Positions 1 through 9,766 are shown, counted from the first letter of the stretch. The stretch: DNA of 64,000 nucleotides from an uncultured Candidatus Saccharibacteria bacterium (GCA_964357605.1 CAYHLX010000004.1:1081-65080), one strand, 5' to 3'. Made by a program: numbers and translations. The notes: generated by a model not told the origin, from the sequence alone.

Positions 1-187
1 CATTTCAGCCGAGTTGAAAGTTACCGAAGCCCCTCCTAACGTTAAAGGTGATAGTGCCACCAGTGGAGGTAAGGTGATTACTTTAGAGACTGGTGCTACC
101 ATCACTGCTCCCCTATTCGTAAACGTTGGAGACATAATCAGGATCAATACCGAGACTGGAGAGTATCGAGAAAGAGTTGGAAAGTAA
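1..187 (+). CDS. efp: Elongation factor P, C-terminal part (truncated by window)
   Basis: Frame from base 2 reads ...[53 protein letters not shown], the EF-P C-terminal OB signature. Confidence 0.93.
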   Translation, partial: ISAELKVTEAPPNVKGDSATSGGKVITLETGATITAPLFVNVGDIIRINTETGEYRERVGK

Positions 188-224
188 TAACAAAAAAAGC
201 CACCCTCGGGTGGCTTTTTTTGTT
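188..224. terminator. Bidirectional intrinsic terminator between efp and rpsR
   Basis: aacaaaaaaagccaccc-tc-gggtggctttttttgtt inverted repeat with A/T tails. Confidence 0.85.
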
Positions 225-427
225 TATCTGGCTACATATGGAAGTAATCCCATAAATCTAGCTCTTTTGACAGCTACTGCCAACTGTCTTTGGCTTTTAG
301 CACAGACACCAGTCTTCTTGCGACTGATCATACGACCATGAGGATTGAGAAACTTTTTCAAGATTTCGGTGTCCTTATAGTCTATCTGCTTAATATTGTT
401 TTGTGAAAAATAACACTGTTTGATCAT
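224..427 (-). CDS. rpsR: 30S ribosomal protein S18
   Basis: IDYKD..LKKF...GR...R..TG..AK.QR....AVKRARFMGLLPY. Confidence 0.97.
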   Translation of the reverse strand: MIKQCYFSQNNIKQIDYKDTEILKKFLNPHGRMISRKKTGVCAKSQRQLAVAVKRARFMGLLPYVAR

Positions 428-444
428 AATAATTTTTAATTAAT

Positions 445-894
445 TTAGAATGGTATATCGTCTGGATTAATTTCCTCTTCTGGATACTCTATAGTATCAG
501 CTGGGACATCTTTACTATCATCTGCTGGGATTTCTCCCTTTGGAGCAGATGAGCCTCCGCTCGCTCCGGATCGAGGACCAAACTGGACTCTATCGGCGAC
601 GATTTCAGTTCTGTATTTTTTCTGTCCGTCCTTAGCATCCCAAGATCTAGTCTGCATTCTACCTTCTACTAACACGCTGGCTCCCTTTTTTAGATATTGA
701 GCTGCGGTCTCTGCCTGACGACCAAAAACAACTATATTGTGATAATCAGCTGCCTCCTGTTTGGCCCCGCTCTTATCTTTCCAAACACGATTGGTGGCTA
801 CCGCCATACTACAAACCTTGATTCCAGAAGGAAGAGCTTTGATCTCTGGATCTCTAGTAAGATTTCCTATAATGATTGCTTTGTTTAAATACAT
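445..894 (-). CDS. ssb: Single-stranded DNA-binding protein
   Basis: LNKAIIIGNLTRDPE; VEGRMQTRSW; acidic DDIPF tail. Confidence 0.97.
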   Translation of the reverse strand: MYLNKAIIIGNLTRDPEIKALPSGIKVCSMAVATNRVWKDKSGAKQEAADYHNIVVFGRQAETAAQYLKKGASVLVEGRMQTRSWDAKDGQKKYRTEIVADRVQFGPRSGASGGSSAPKGEIPADDSKDVPADTIEYPEEEINPDDIPF

Positions 895-923
895 AGTGAT
901 ATAAGGTTATGGATAATATAATA

Positions 924-1418
924 TTACGCCCCTTTCACCATGTCGTCTATGCTCTTGTCCATTTCTTCAATAGTCGCAGGAGTTGCAACCACTGCATCCA
1001 CAACTGGTACTCCTTCTGCAACAGCTTCTTCTCCTTTTACTAGAACTGCTGGGGCTTTCTTTCCGAGGTAAGTATTTTCCTTAACGGTATTGATGAGAAG
1101 CATTCGGAGCATGTCTTTGTTGAGTTCAAAAGACTTCTTTATTGCCTCTATATCACCTGATGGTAACTCAAACTTAAACCAACCAAAATACGCCTGATCA
1201 AATCGATGATTCTGTGAACCGATCTTTTTAACCATTGTGTAGGCCAGCGGTCTAAGCTCAGGTGCTTCTTCAGCAATAAAACTGGCTCCCTTCTTAGAAA
1301 GAACATCCTTAAGTAGAGTAACTGTTTCCGTTACTTTATCTAAAGGTATTGAAGATACTAGCAGATACCCTATTTCATATATCTTAAGGTCTGCCTCTCT
1401 TGATATGGTCTCTGTCAT
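924..1418 (-). CDS. rpsF: 30S ribosomal protein S6
   Basis: YEIGYLL...RPLAY motif; rpsF-ssb-rpsR order. Confidence 0.9.
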   Translation of the reverse strand: MTETISREADLKIYEIGYLLVSSIPLDKVTETVTLLKDVLSKKGASFIAEEAPELRPLAYTMVKKIGSQNHRFDQAYFGWFKFELPSGDIEAIKKSFELNKDMLRMLLINTVKENTYLGKKAPAVLVKGEEAVAEGVPVVDAVVATPATIEEMDKSIDDMVKGA

Positions 1419-1427
1419 TGTTATTTG

Positions 1428-1499
1428 ATGAGCAGTAATCCGTTATGATCCTCTAGAAGGGACGAACGGAGCATGGCCGTGCAAGCCAGGACTACTCAT
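1428..1499 (-). promoter_or_regulatory. Structured 5' leader of rpsF (candidate S6:S18 autoregulatory RNA)
   Basis: Minus strand: ATGAGTAGT/ACTGCTCAT closing stem enclosing TGGC/GCCA and TCCGTT/AACGGA hairpins, ending 9 nt before the ATG. Confidence 0.5.
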
Positions 1500-1602
1500 T
1501 TATTAATTTGGTAAAATGCACGTGCACGTACATTATCACAATGACAGAAAAATACAAGTTGACGCCATGGTAAGTGGCATAGAAAACTGTAGCAGATCGG
1601 TG

Positions 1603-1644
1603 ATGAAGAAATACCTAAGAAATAATAAAATTTTGATAAAATTT
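1603..1644 (-). repeat. 42-bp inverted repeat, left copy (pairs with 2482-2523)
   Basis: Reverse complement is identical to aaattttatcaaaattttattatttcttaggtatttcttcat at 2482-2523. Confidence 0.92.
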
Positions 1645-1698
1645 GTAGTTGCACAACATAAATAGATACCGCGTCAATACCACTTTGGATGTGATATT

Positions 1699-2481
1699 AT
1701 GTTGTTTATGAAATACATAGATATTCACTGCCACCTAAACTTTGAGGCTTTTGATATAGACCGAACTGAAGTTATTGCTCGCGCTCAGGAAAAAGAAGTG
1801 GGGATGATTGTGGTTGGTACAAACCTGGCCACCTCAGAAAAGGCTATGAAAATTGCAGAAGAAAATGAAAACGTCTGGGCGATTGTAGGATTACACCCCG
1901 TAGAAGTTCCTTGTGAAGTTTTTGATATTGAAAATTATAGAAAATTAACCAAAAGTAAAAAAGTTGTGGGTATCGGAGAATGTGGTTTTGACTATTTTAG
2001 ACAAGGGTATGAGTTGAGGGATAAACAAAGAGAAATATTTGAAGCTCATATCGCTCTAGCCAATGAAATTAGAAAACCTCTCATGCTTCATCTACGTAAT
2101 GGTCTTAACCCAGGAGAAAATGCTTACAAGGATGCTCTGGAAGTTTTGAAGCAACATGCTAAGGTGCCTGGCGACGCCCACTTCTTTGCGGGAAATTGGG
2201 AGGAAGGAAAACAATTTTTAGATCTCGGCTTCAGACTGTCTTTTACCGGAGTCATTACTTTTGCCAGAGATTATGATGAAGTAATCAGAAATACTCCTTT
2301 AAACATGATTATATCTGAGACTGATGCCCCTTACGTAACTCCAGCACCTCATCGTGGAGAAAGAAATGAACCGTCCTTTGTTATGGAAGTCGCCCACACA
2401 ATTTCTGCCATAAGGGGTGAATCTCAAGAAAAAATACTCCCTCATCTTATTGACAACGCCAAGAAACTATTTTCCATATAG
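1699..2481 (+). CDS. tatD: TatD family DNase
   Basis: IDIHCHL, GLHP, GIGECGFDY, LHLR, ETDAPY motifs. Confidence 0.93.
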   Translation: MLFMKYIDIHCHLNFEAFDIDRTEVIARAQEKEVGMIVVGTNLATSEKAMKIAEENENVWAIVGLHPVEVPCEVFDIENYRKLTKSKKVVGIGECGFDYFRQGYELRDKQREIFEAHIALANEIRKPLMLHLRNGLNPGENAYKDALEVLKQHAKVPGDAHFFAGNWEEGKQFLDLGFRLSFTGVITFARDYDEVIRNTPLNMIISETDAPYVTPAPHRGERNEPSFVMEVAHTISAIRGESQEKILPHLIDNAKKLFSI

Positions 2482-2523
2482 AAATTTTATCAAAATTTTA
2501 TTATTTCTTAGGTATTTCTTCAT
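2482..2523 (+). repeat. 42-bp inverted repeat, right copy
   Basis: Starts immediately after the tatD stop; exact reverse complement of 1603-1644. Confidence 0.92.
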
Positions 2524-2548
2524 AACCACTATGCTATCTTCATTTATA

Positions 2549-2617
2549 GCCACCGATTCGGCATGTGACTGGACTTGTTATTCCAACTTCACGAGGGTTC
2601 GATTCCCTCCGGTGGCT
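2549..2617 (+). ncRNA. tRNA-like element or pseudo-tRNA with degenerate D arm and 8-nt anticodon loop
   Basis: Acceptor GCCACCG/CGGTGGC, T arm GAGGG-TTCGATT-CCCTC, anticodon arm TGGA-CTTGTTAT-TCCA, no canonical D-loop GG. Confidence 0.55.
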
Positions 2618-2709
2618 TATTTGACCAATATTTAAATTTTGTTATACTGACCGAGATGTAGGAATCTGCATCTGGAGCCCGCGGAAGTGATTAAACACTC
2701 CTCGGTGGC

Positions 2710-2740
2710 AACAAAACACCGCTTCATGCGGTGTTTTGTT
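2710..2740. terminator. Bidirectional intrinsic terminator
   Basis: aacaaaacaccgc-ttcat-gcggtgttttgtt. Confidence 0.85.
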
Positions 2741-3556
2741 TTACTTTTCCAAAATATAAAAGAAATATTTCCACTCTCTATTTTTAAAGGAATTATATAG
2801 GTCAGAACCCTTAATTCCTGAAAAATCTACGGAGACTTTCTGAAATATTTTTGGTACTAGTTTTTTAATTGTATTCATCCTACGTTCACTATCTTTATCA
2901 AGAGCACTTACAACATTCATCGTTATGTCCTCATCTTTCACAATCCTCATGCCAGAATTAAGCAAATCTGATTTAAGTTGCTCCATTTTTTCTACCACAC
3001 GATAATCTGTAATAAGTAAACATCCTTTAGGGCGAAGGACTCTTCTAACCTCCTTAAGAAATTGAGGAAAATCCTCATAATGATGGGAAGTTTCAACATT
3101 TATTACAACATCAAATGAATTATCTAGGAAAGGAAGATTATGTGCATCAGCAACAATGAAAGATAGATTTTGAATTGATTTATATTTATCCTTGTTAAAA
3201 GTAATGGATCTTTTTGTAATATCACTTCCAACAACTTTTTTAGGTGACAAATATCTAGCAATGTAAGAAGCCCCCCCACCGCGACCACACCCAATCTCAA
3301 GTATATCCTTACCATACACATCAATACTTGAGGCAATGTGATTATATAACTGTAACGAATACCTATCATTTTCATCTATAGTTTCTAGTGGTAAATTACT
3401 ACCATCGTCATAACCATAATTCATAGTCATGATTTCATTATTTTTATCAAGAACACCTACTATTGAATACCAGCTATTTGATAAAAGTTTATTTAGTGGT
3501 TTGTATTCATAAATACTCATGAATAAACTATCCAAAAAAGAAGTGATTATTTTCAT
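2741..3556 (-). CDS. Class I SAM-dependent methyltransferase
   Basis: ILEIGCGRGGG motif I; DAHNLPF..NSFDVV; RVLRPKG; visibly AT-rich. Confidence 0.88.
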   Translation of the reverse strand: MKIITSFLDSLFMSIYEYKPLNKLLSNSWYSIVGVLDKNNEIMTMNYGYDDGSNLPLETIDENDRYSLQLYNHIASSIDVYGKDILEIGCGRGGGASYIARYLSPKKVVGSDITKRSITFNKDKYKSIQNLSFIVADAHNLPFLDNSFDVVINVETSHHYEDFPQFLKEVRRVLRPKGCLLITDYRVVEKMEQLKSDLLNSGMRIVKDEDITMNVVSALDKDSERRMNTIKKLVPKIFQKVSVDFSGIKGSDLYNSFKNREWKYFFYILEK

Positions 3557-3570
3557 ATAATTATTATAAC

Positions 3571-5013
3571 TTACTTCCTCATAAACAAAGCCTCGGCAAT
3601 CTTGTTATCCTTCAAAGCCTGCGCTATTTTTTCTGAGGTTTGTGGCAAAATTGGTCTCAAGAGAAACTCTATTTCTGCAATCTGTGTTAGTAAATATGAG
3701 ATCTGCTCTTTCCCCTTCTGTTCATCTGTTTTAATAACTTTGAATGGTTGGTTATCCTGGATAAATTTATCCGCATGTTGAATACGCAACCAGATATCAT
3801 CACAAACTCTATTGATCTCAAATGAGGCATAAAACTCTTCATGGCGGGGATCTTTTTGTGGCACAAAGTTGTGATCAAGCCTGATCTCATTCGTCTCAGC
3901 CATTTTCATCACCCGACTCACGAGATTTCCAAGACCATTCGCGAGGTGCGCATTGTAGGATTCCTTAAACTTCTCCATCGTAAAGGGACTATCTTCGAAG
4001 GGGTGAACTTCTCGGAGAACAAAGTAGCGTAAGGCATCCGTACCGTATTCTTTGATGATCTCTAGGGGGTCCACGGTGTTCCCTATTGATTTGCTCATCT
4101 TGATACCACCTTCACCAGTCACAAAGCCATTAATTACTATTTGCCTTGAATTAGGTAGTCCAACAGACATAAGCATCGCTTGCCACATGGCTGACTGCTG
4201 TCTAAGATTGTCTTTACCGCAGTACTGAATCACTCCTCCAGTCTTTATCCACCATTTTTCAAATGATTTTTCATCCTTGGGCCAACCAATGTTAGAGATG
4301 TAGCTCACCAAAGCATCGAACCAAACATACATCACATGATTTGAGTCATCTGGAACTTCCACACCCCAAGACATTTTACTTTTCAAACGAGAGATACTAA
4401 AGTCGTTAAGCCCACCCTTTACAAAGGATTTTATTTCATTAAATCTAAAAGAAGGTACAACAAAATCAGGATTCTTTTCATAAAAATCTAGGAGAGGTTT
4501 TTGAAATTCACTAAATTTAAAAAAGTAATTTTCCTCCTCAATTTCCTCAATTACCAAGGATGGATGGATCGGACACTTTCCATCCACCAGTTCCGAATCA
4601 GTTTTTTCTAGCTCACACCCCACACAGTATTTGATTTTGTAATTTTTCTTGTAGATATAGCCGTTTTTCTTGCAGATCTTCCAAAACCCTTGAGCTGATT
4701 CTATATGTTTGGGGTCTGTAGTACGATGGAAGTGTACGTCAGAAGAAATACCGAGTAGATTCATCAAATTTTTAAATGTCAAAGAAACTTTATCTACAAA
4801 CTCTTGGGGTGGCAGACTGAGAGCTTTAGCATTTCTTTCAATCTTTGCCCCATGTTCGTCAGTGCCCATACCCAAAAACACTTCGTAACCATCTATTTTC
4901 TTTACTCGCGCGATCACGTCTGCTCTGATAAATTCCAAAGCATGGCCAATATGAGCCTCTGCATTCACATAAGGTAAAGTCGTGGTGATGTAAAAACTCT
5001 TATTTTCTGTCAT
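3571..5013 (-). CDS. metG: Methionyl-tRNA synthetase (short form)
   Basis: LPYVNAEAHIGH, GTDEHG, YVWFDAL, KMSKS. Confidence 0.96.
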   Translation of the reverse strand: MTENKSFYITTTLPYVNAEAHIGHALEFIRADVIARVKKIDGYEVFLGMGTDEHGAKIERNAKALSLPPQEFVDKVSLTFKNLMNLLGISSDVHFHRTTDPKHIESAQGFWKICKKNGYIYKKNYKIKYCVGCELEKTDSELVDGKCPIHPSLVIEEIEEENYFFKFSEFQKPLLDFYEKNPDFVVPSFRFNEIKSFVKGGLNDFSISRLKSKMSWGVEVPDDSNHVMYVWFDALVSYISNIGWPKDEKSFEKWWIKTGGVIQYCGKDNLRQQSAMWQAMLMSVGLPNSRQIVINGFVTGEGGIKMSKSIGNTVDPLEIIKEYGTDALRYFVLREVHPFEDSPFTMEKFKESYNAHLANGLGNLVSRVMKMAETNEIRLDHNFVPQKDPRHEEFYASFEINRVCDDIWLRIQHADKFIQDNQPFKVIKTDEQKGKEQISYLLTQIAEIEFLLRPILPQTSEKIAQALKDNKIAEALFMRK

Positions 5014-5034
5014 GGACTAAGTATATCATCAGGC

Positions 5035-6309
5035 CTATTTTTTAAAAGTTAAAAGAGATTTCAACTTTTTTTCATCTTTATTGGGACCAATCACCGCCAA
5101 ATTTAGATTTTTATCAACAAATATTTCCTGAGCTAATTTTTGTATTTCGCGAGCGGTCACCTTCTCTGTTTCGGTGATCACCTCTTCGGGCAACCTAATC
5201 TTTCCCTTGAGAATCTCTTGGAATCCGGCAAATTCGGCCTGAGCATCAGAGGTTTCCAGATCCAACATTGTCGTACCAGCCAGATAATCTTTGGCTTTTC
5301 TCAACTCTTTTTCAGAAATTATTTCTTCTTTAAGTCTATTCAACTCTGACAGAATCGTAGAGATTGCGATTTCCAATCTCTTGTTATCAACTCCCGCAGA
5401 AATAGTTAGATCACCATGATCGGTATTAGGATTATGCGAAGCTCTGATGTAATAGCAGATTCCTAGCTCATCTCTCATTTTTGAGAAAAGACGTGAGCTC
5501 ATCCCCTTTCCCAAGATCGTCGTCAACATCCTCATGGTCGGAATTCTCGGATCGAGAATGGGAAAAGTTCGGAGGCCAATCACCAAATGGCTTTGATCGG
5601 TCTCTTTATAAACCACCTTTAGTTCTGGTTTCGTTTGAGATTCTTGAACGGCGACTTTTTTAGCTTTTGGCTGACGAGGAATATCCTTGAAAATTTGTTC
5701 TACCTTCTTTGTGACTTCTTTTTCGTCAATAGAACCAGAGACAATGACCGTCGTAGCTTCGGCCACATAATGTTGGTCTTTATAAGCTACAAAATGCTCT
5801 CGACCAAATTTCCTAATATTTTCTTCTGGACCAGTCACACTCCAACCGGCTGGTTGGTCTGGGAACATAAGTTCACCTAGCACATCCTGAACATGTTGCT
5901 GAGGTAGATCATTGTACATTTTTATTTCTTCAATAATCACTCCCTTTTCTTTATTTATTTCTGCTTCATCAAAAAGAGGGTTCTGATACATGTCAGAAAC
6001 AATATCCAAAGCTGTATCTAAATGCTTAGGATCCACTTTAGCATAATAGCCAGTATATTCCTGTGAGGTGAAAGCATTGTATTGGGCCCCGAGACTATCC
6101 AATTCTCTGGAAAGATCACTCGCTTTTGGTCTTCTGGGAGTGCCTTTAAATATGACGTGCTCTAGAAAATGCGACAGGCCATTGATCTCTTTCGTCTCGT
6201 ACTTTGAGCCCGCTTCAACCATGACCAAAACGGTCACGGCGGGATTATCCTGCATGGGTACGGTAATAACTCTTAGGCCATTTTTTAGAACGGTTTTGGT
6301 AAATTTCAT
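5035..6309 (-). CDS. M16 family zinc peptidase
   Basis: GLSHFLEH inverzincin motif; NAFTS; SSRLF..R. Confidence 0.93.
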   Translation of the reverse strand: MKFTKTVLKNGLRVITVPMQDNPAVTVLVMVEAGSKYETKEINGLSHFLEHVIFKGTPRRPKASDLSRELDSLGAQYNAFTSQEYTGYYAKVDPKHLDTALDIVSDMYQNPLFDEAEINKEKGVIIEEIKMYNDLPQQHVQDVLGELMFPDQPAGWSVTGPEENIRKFGREHFVAYKDQHYVAEATTVIVSGSIDEKEVTKKVEQIFKDIPRQPKAKKVAVQESQTKPELKVVYKETDQSHLVIGLRTFPILDPRIPTMRMLTTILGKGMSSRLFSKMRDELGICYYIRASHNPNTDHGDLTISAGVDNKRLEIAISTILSELNRLKEEIISEKELRKAKDYLAGTTMLDLETSDAQAEFAGFQEILKGKIRLPEEVITETEKVTAREIQKLAQEIFVDKNLNLAVIGPNKDEKKLKSLLTFKK

Positions 6310-7635
6310 TTAGTTTATTTTTGCTTTCAAAAATTGAACTAGATTATCTAGAGAGATTCTTTCCTGTTTTCCTGTATCTCGATCACGGACAGTCACGCCC
6401 TCACCTTTTTCTACGGTCTCAAAATCAATAGTCACACAGAATGGTGTACCAATCTCGTCCTGTCGGCGATAGCGCTTGCCAATGTTACCGTTGTCGTCGA
6501 AAGTTACGGCACCAAATTCTTTCTTTAGTAGTAGATAAATCTCTTTAGCTTTTTCTACAAGTTGAGGTTTATTTTTAAGCAGAGGAAATACAGAGATCTT
6601 TGTCGGAGCTACTTTTGGTGAAAGTTTAAGATAAACTCTCTTTTCTCCATCTACCTCATCTTCGGTGTAGGCATCGGAAAGTACAGCCAGGATAGTACGA
6701 TCAAGACCGAAAGACGGCTCTATACAGTGAGGAATGAATCTTTCTTTGGTTTCTTCATCATAATATGAAAGGTCTACTTTGCTAAATTCAGAATGCTGTT
6801 TTAGATCAAAGTCTGTTCTGTAGGCTAGGCCGTAGAGCTCTTTTCTGCCAAATGGGAAATCAAATTCAAAATCAATCGTCCTTTTTGAGTAGTGAGCCAA
6901 TGAATCAGCCTCAATTTCTAATTCATGAACGTGTTTTTTATTTAACCCAATGTCTGCTGTATAGTTGTGCACTTCTTTTACAAAATGCTCAAATGTTTCC
7001 TTCCAATCTTTTGGATTTACAAAATATTCAATTTCCATTTGCTCAAACTCTCTCGCACGAAATAGAAAATCTCGTGGAGCAATCTCGTTCCTAAAAGCCT
7101 TCCCTATTTGGGCCATGCCAAACGGAAGTTTAGGATGAAATGTATCTAGAATGTTTTTAAAATTTACAAACATGCCCTGGGCCGTTTCCGGTCGAAGATA
7201 TGATACGGATGCAGAGTCAGTACTTGCTCCCACATGAGTTTTGAACATCATGTTGAATTGCTGTGCTTCACCAAGTTGTCCTCCACAATCTAGACATTTT
7301 TTTGTATCAACGAGTTGATCTGCACGAAAACGATGTTTACACTTTTTGCATTCAATCATCGGGTCAGCAAATCCGCCTACATGTCCACTTGCCTCCCATG
7401 TTTTTTGATTCATGAGTATGGCCGCATCAACGGCATACATATCGTCGCGATCATCTACAAAACGCTTCCACCACAATTTCCTGACATTATTTTTTAGCGC
7501 AACACCTAGAGGACCGTAGTCCCAAGTCCCAGCTAATCCGCCGTAAATCTCCGAACCCTGGAAAATAAAGCCGCGACGCTTGCATAGAGTTATGATGTTT
7601 TCCATCACCTTTGAGTTTTCCTCACTTTTTGACAT
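6310..7635 (-). CDS. glyQS: Glycyl-tRNA synthetase, alpha2 type
   Basis: LRPETAQG, GKAFRNEI, REFEQMEIEYF, GKRYRRQDEIGTP. Confidence 0.96.
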   Translation of the reverse strand: MSKSEENSKVMENIITLCKRRGFIFQGSEIYGGLAGTWDYGPLGVALKNNVRKLWWKRFVDDRDDMYAVDAAILMNQKTWEASGHVGGFADPMIECKKCKHRFRADQLVDTKKCLDCGGQLGEAQQFNMMFKTHVGASTDSASVSYLRPETAQGMFVNFKNILDTFHPKLPFGMAQIGKAFRNEIAPRDFLFRAREFEQMEIEYFVNPKDWKETFEHFVKEVHNYTADIGLNKKHVHELEIEADSLAHYSKRTIDFEFDFPFGRKELYGLAYRTDFDLKQHSEFSKVDLSYYDEETKERFIPHCIEPSFGLDRTILAVLSDAYTEDEVDGEKRVYLKLSPKVAPTKISVFPLLKNKPQLVEKAKEIYLLLKKEFGAVTFDDNGNIGKRYRRQDEIGTPFCVTIDFETVEKGEGVTVRDRDTGKQERISLDNLVQFLKAKIN

Positions 7636-7766
7636 GAGATGATTCTACACCGAATGCACTAAAGTTGGAAGGACTTGACGAGATATGCATTTCCTTGACT
7701 TTTCAGAAATAGATTTGCTACAATGATCGCATTGACAAAGAGGAGCGAGATCGTGATATTAAGCTC

Positions 7767-7801
7767 AAGAAAAAAGATCGGTTGACCCGGTCTTTTTTCT
7801 T
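7767..7801. terminator. Intrinsic terminator
   Basis: aagaaaaaagatcgg-ttgac-ccggtcttttttctt. Confidence 0.75.
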
Positions 7802-7822
7802 TTATATTTTTATAGAAAATAC

Positions 7823-9766
7823 CTACTGCCTCACCACCTCATCTCCATCTCTAAATGTAGAATCTGCAGAAAATCTAGTATTCAAAGCACCTTGAGCTCT
7901 GGTCAAATTTTGTTCTGTGAAATCATCATGCGCAGTGAGAGTACTCTGTCCCATAATCACCGGTGTCTGCCCGATTTGAGCGACACTTGGTTTAAAGGCC
8001 ACCTGAAAAGCGACTTGTCTTCGGCGTTTATTGTTTATGGTATAAGTATCAACACTACCCACTTTCCAAGTGATCTCCCCAGTCCCCTTATCGTAAACAA
8101 TACTTTCATCCGTAGGATTAGCCTGTCCACGCCATGTCACATAGGCCGGCAAAGAAGATTTAACCTCTACACCAGAAAGAGTGCTTGACGTATTATCTAC
8201 TGTCCACACAATGGTATAGGTAGTCTCTTGCTCTGCTCTAGGAGGTACAGGACCAATATTAGTAAAGGGGCTTCCAGTACGGATAATCTGAGCGGAGACA
8301 GAAGGATTTGAAGAAATTTTTATAACCCTAGTTGCACTTGATATTAACTGTTCTGGAACATTGCTTTCGGACACTCGTTTACCCCTTACATCTACAATTA
8401 ATGACAGGGTCGGATTCGCGACCGTCTTAAAGGTCGTGCTCGTATCTCTAGGAGTAAGATTGAATGTTACTTTCCCCTCTTCTCCAGCACCTACATTTCC
8501 CAGATTAGGAGTGGTAATTCTATTCCAAACTATGGTGTTATCCGCTGATTGGTACAATCCTTGGCCAGGAGACACGGAAAACTTATCGAAAGCATTGCCA
8601 GATAATTTGATATAGACTTCCCCATCGGTAATCGCCGTCGGCAGATTATTGAACCATGATATGTCAGTCTTTATAGATTCATTAAACTCTCCAATAAATT
8701 CTTTAATGCCCATAGAATCTTCCAAAGCAATACCAACGGTGATGAATGGTTTCTTGATAGTCAATTCCTGTATATGTGAAATAAACTCGGTACCAATGAT
8801 CGGTATTTGTGATCCTTGACCACTTTCTGAGCCCACAATAAACCTGAAAGCTCTCGTTTCATCATCTTGACCTTCGAGTTTACCATTCACGATGATAGAC
8901 CTCTTTCCTCCAGGAGGAATATCCCCTATTCTCCAAGATGAATTGTTTCCTGATGTCTTAACGTCTGACGAAAGGTAAGTAAAACCAAATGGATAAATAG
9001 CCTTTAGAGTAATATTTTTTAATGTTTCCTGTGAATTAGAAATTAGGGTAATCTTGGTATCAAAAGTTTGTCCAGAAGTAATCTCCTTAAAAGACTCGAC
9101 AGAAAGTGAAAGAGGAGATGAGCTCAAGAGAACATCAAAAGATTTTTGTTTCTGAAAAATAGCGTTGGAACCTTTTACCTTATAGGAAGTAGTGATGATG
9201 ATGGTCTTTTTACTATTCTCTTGTCCATAGACGATAGCTTGAACAGTCTTTTGAGCAACACCACCCGCTTCTATATCATTCATAAGTTCACGAAACTGTT
9301 TTAATTCCTTCGTATCATCAGCAGGATCTACGGTACCGGAAGGAAAATCCACCACAAAATCTACGTTCTCTAACTTGATGTTATTTTTATTGATCACCTG
9401 CACATCAAAGGTCACAGGCGTACCACCAGAAACAGACACGGGGCCACTCACCGTGATATCGATATTATTTGTAGAAACGATATTTGAACCATTGAAAACA
9501 AGGTAAGTGCCTATTCCAACAGCTAACACAAAAAAGACAGTTGATGCAATAAAAAGTTTAGTCAAAAATGACATGGAATGATCTTCATATCTCTTATTAA
9601 GTAGAATGTCCTCATCATTTTCTGGTGGATGCTCCCAATCTGTTTGTATTCCTTCCGTATCTGGTTTTTCAAAGTGAAGCCTACGCTTAGTCCTCACGAG
9701 AGGAGCATTGCGAGAATAGAGAGATTTTTTAAGTTCTTCAATTTGACTTCGATCCTGCTCTGACAT
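7823..9766 (-). CDS. Membrane-anchored protein with several Ig-like beta-rich domains (DUF11-like), function unknown
   Basis: One TM segment near residues 68-90, then beta-strand-rich modules. Confidence 0.65.
   Translation of the reverse strand: MSEQDRSQIEELKKSLYSRNAPLVRTKRRLHFEKPDTEGIQTDWEHPPENDEDILLNKRYEDHSMSFLTKLFIASTVFFVLAVGIGTYLVFNGSNIVSTNNIDITVSGPVSVSGGTPVTFDVQVINKNNIKLENVDFVVDFPSGTVDPADDTKELKQFRELMNDIEAGGVAQKTVQAIVYGQENSKKTIIITTSYKVKGSNAIFQKQKSFDVLLSSSPLSLSVESFKEITSGQTFDTKITLISNSQETLKNITLKAIYPFGFTYLSSDVKTSGNNSSWRIGDIPPGGKRSIIVNGKLEGQDDETRAFRFIVGSESGQGSQIPIIGTEFISHIQELTIKKPFITVGIALEDSMGIKEFIGEFNESIKTDISWFNNLPTAITDGEVYIKLSGNAFDKFSVSPGQGLYQSADNTIVWNRITTPNLGNVGAGEEGKVTFNLTPRDTSTTFKTVANPTLSLIVDVRGKRVSESNVPEQLISSATRVIKISSNPSVSAQIIRTGSPFTNIGPVPPRAEQETTYTIVWTVDNTSSTLSGVEVKSSLPAYVTWRGQANPTDESIVYDKGTGEITWKVGSVDTYTINNKRRRQVAFQVAFKPSVAQIGQTPVIMGQSTLTAHDDFTEQNLTRAQGALNTRFSADSTFRDGDEVVRQ

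Noticed and set aside
1515-1534. Near-palindrome aatgcacgtgcacgtacatt near the rpsF promoter
   Set aside because: Single occurrence with no candidate regulator; cannot be separated from chance
2647-2706. Hammerhead ribozyme or SRP RNA identity for the short structured RNA
   Set aside because: CTGACCGA does not fit CUGANGA with GAAA, and the SRP domain IV internal loop is absent
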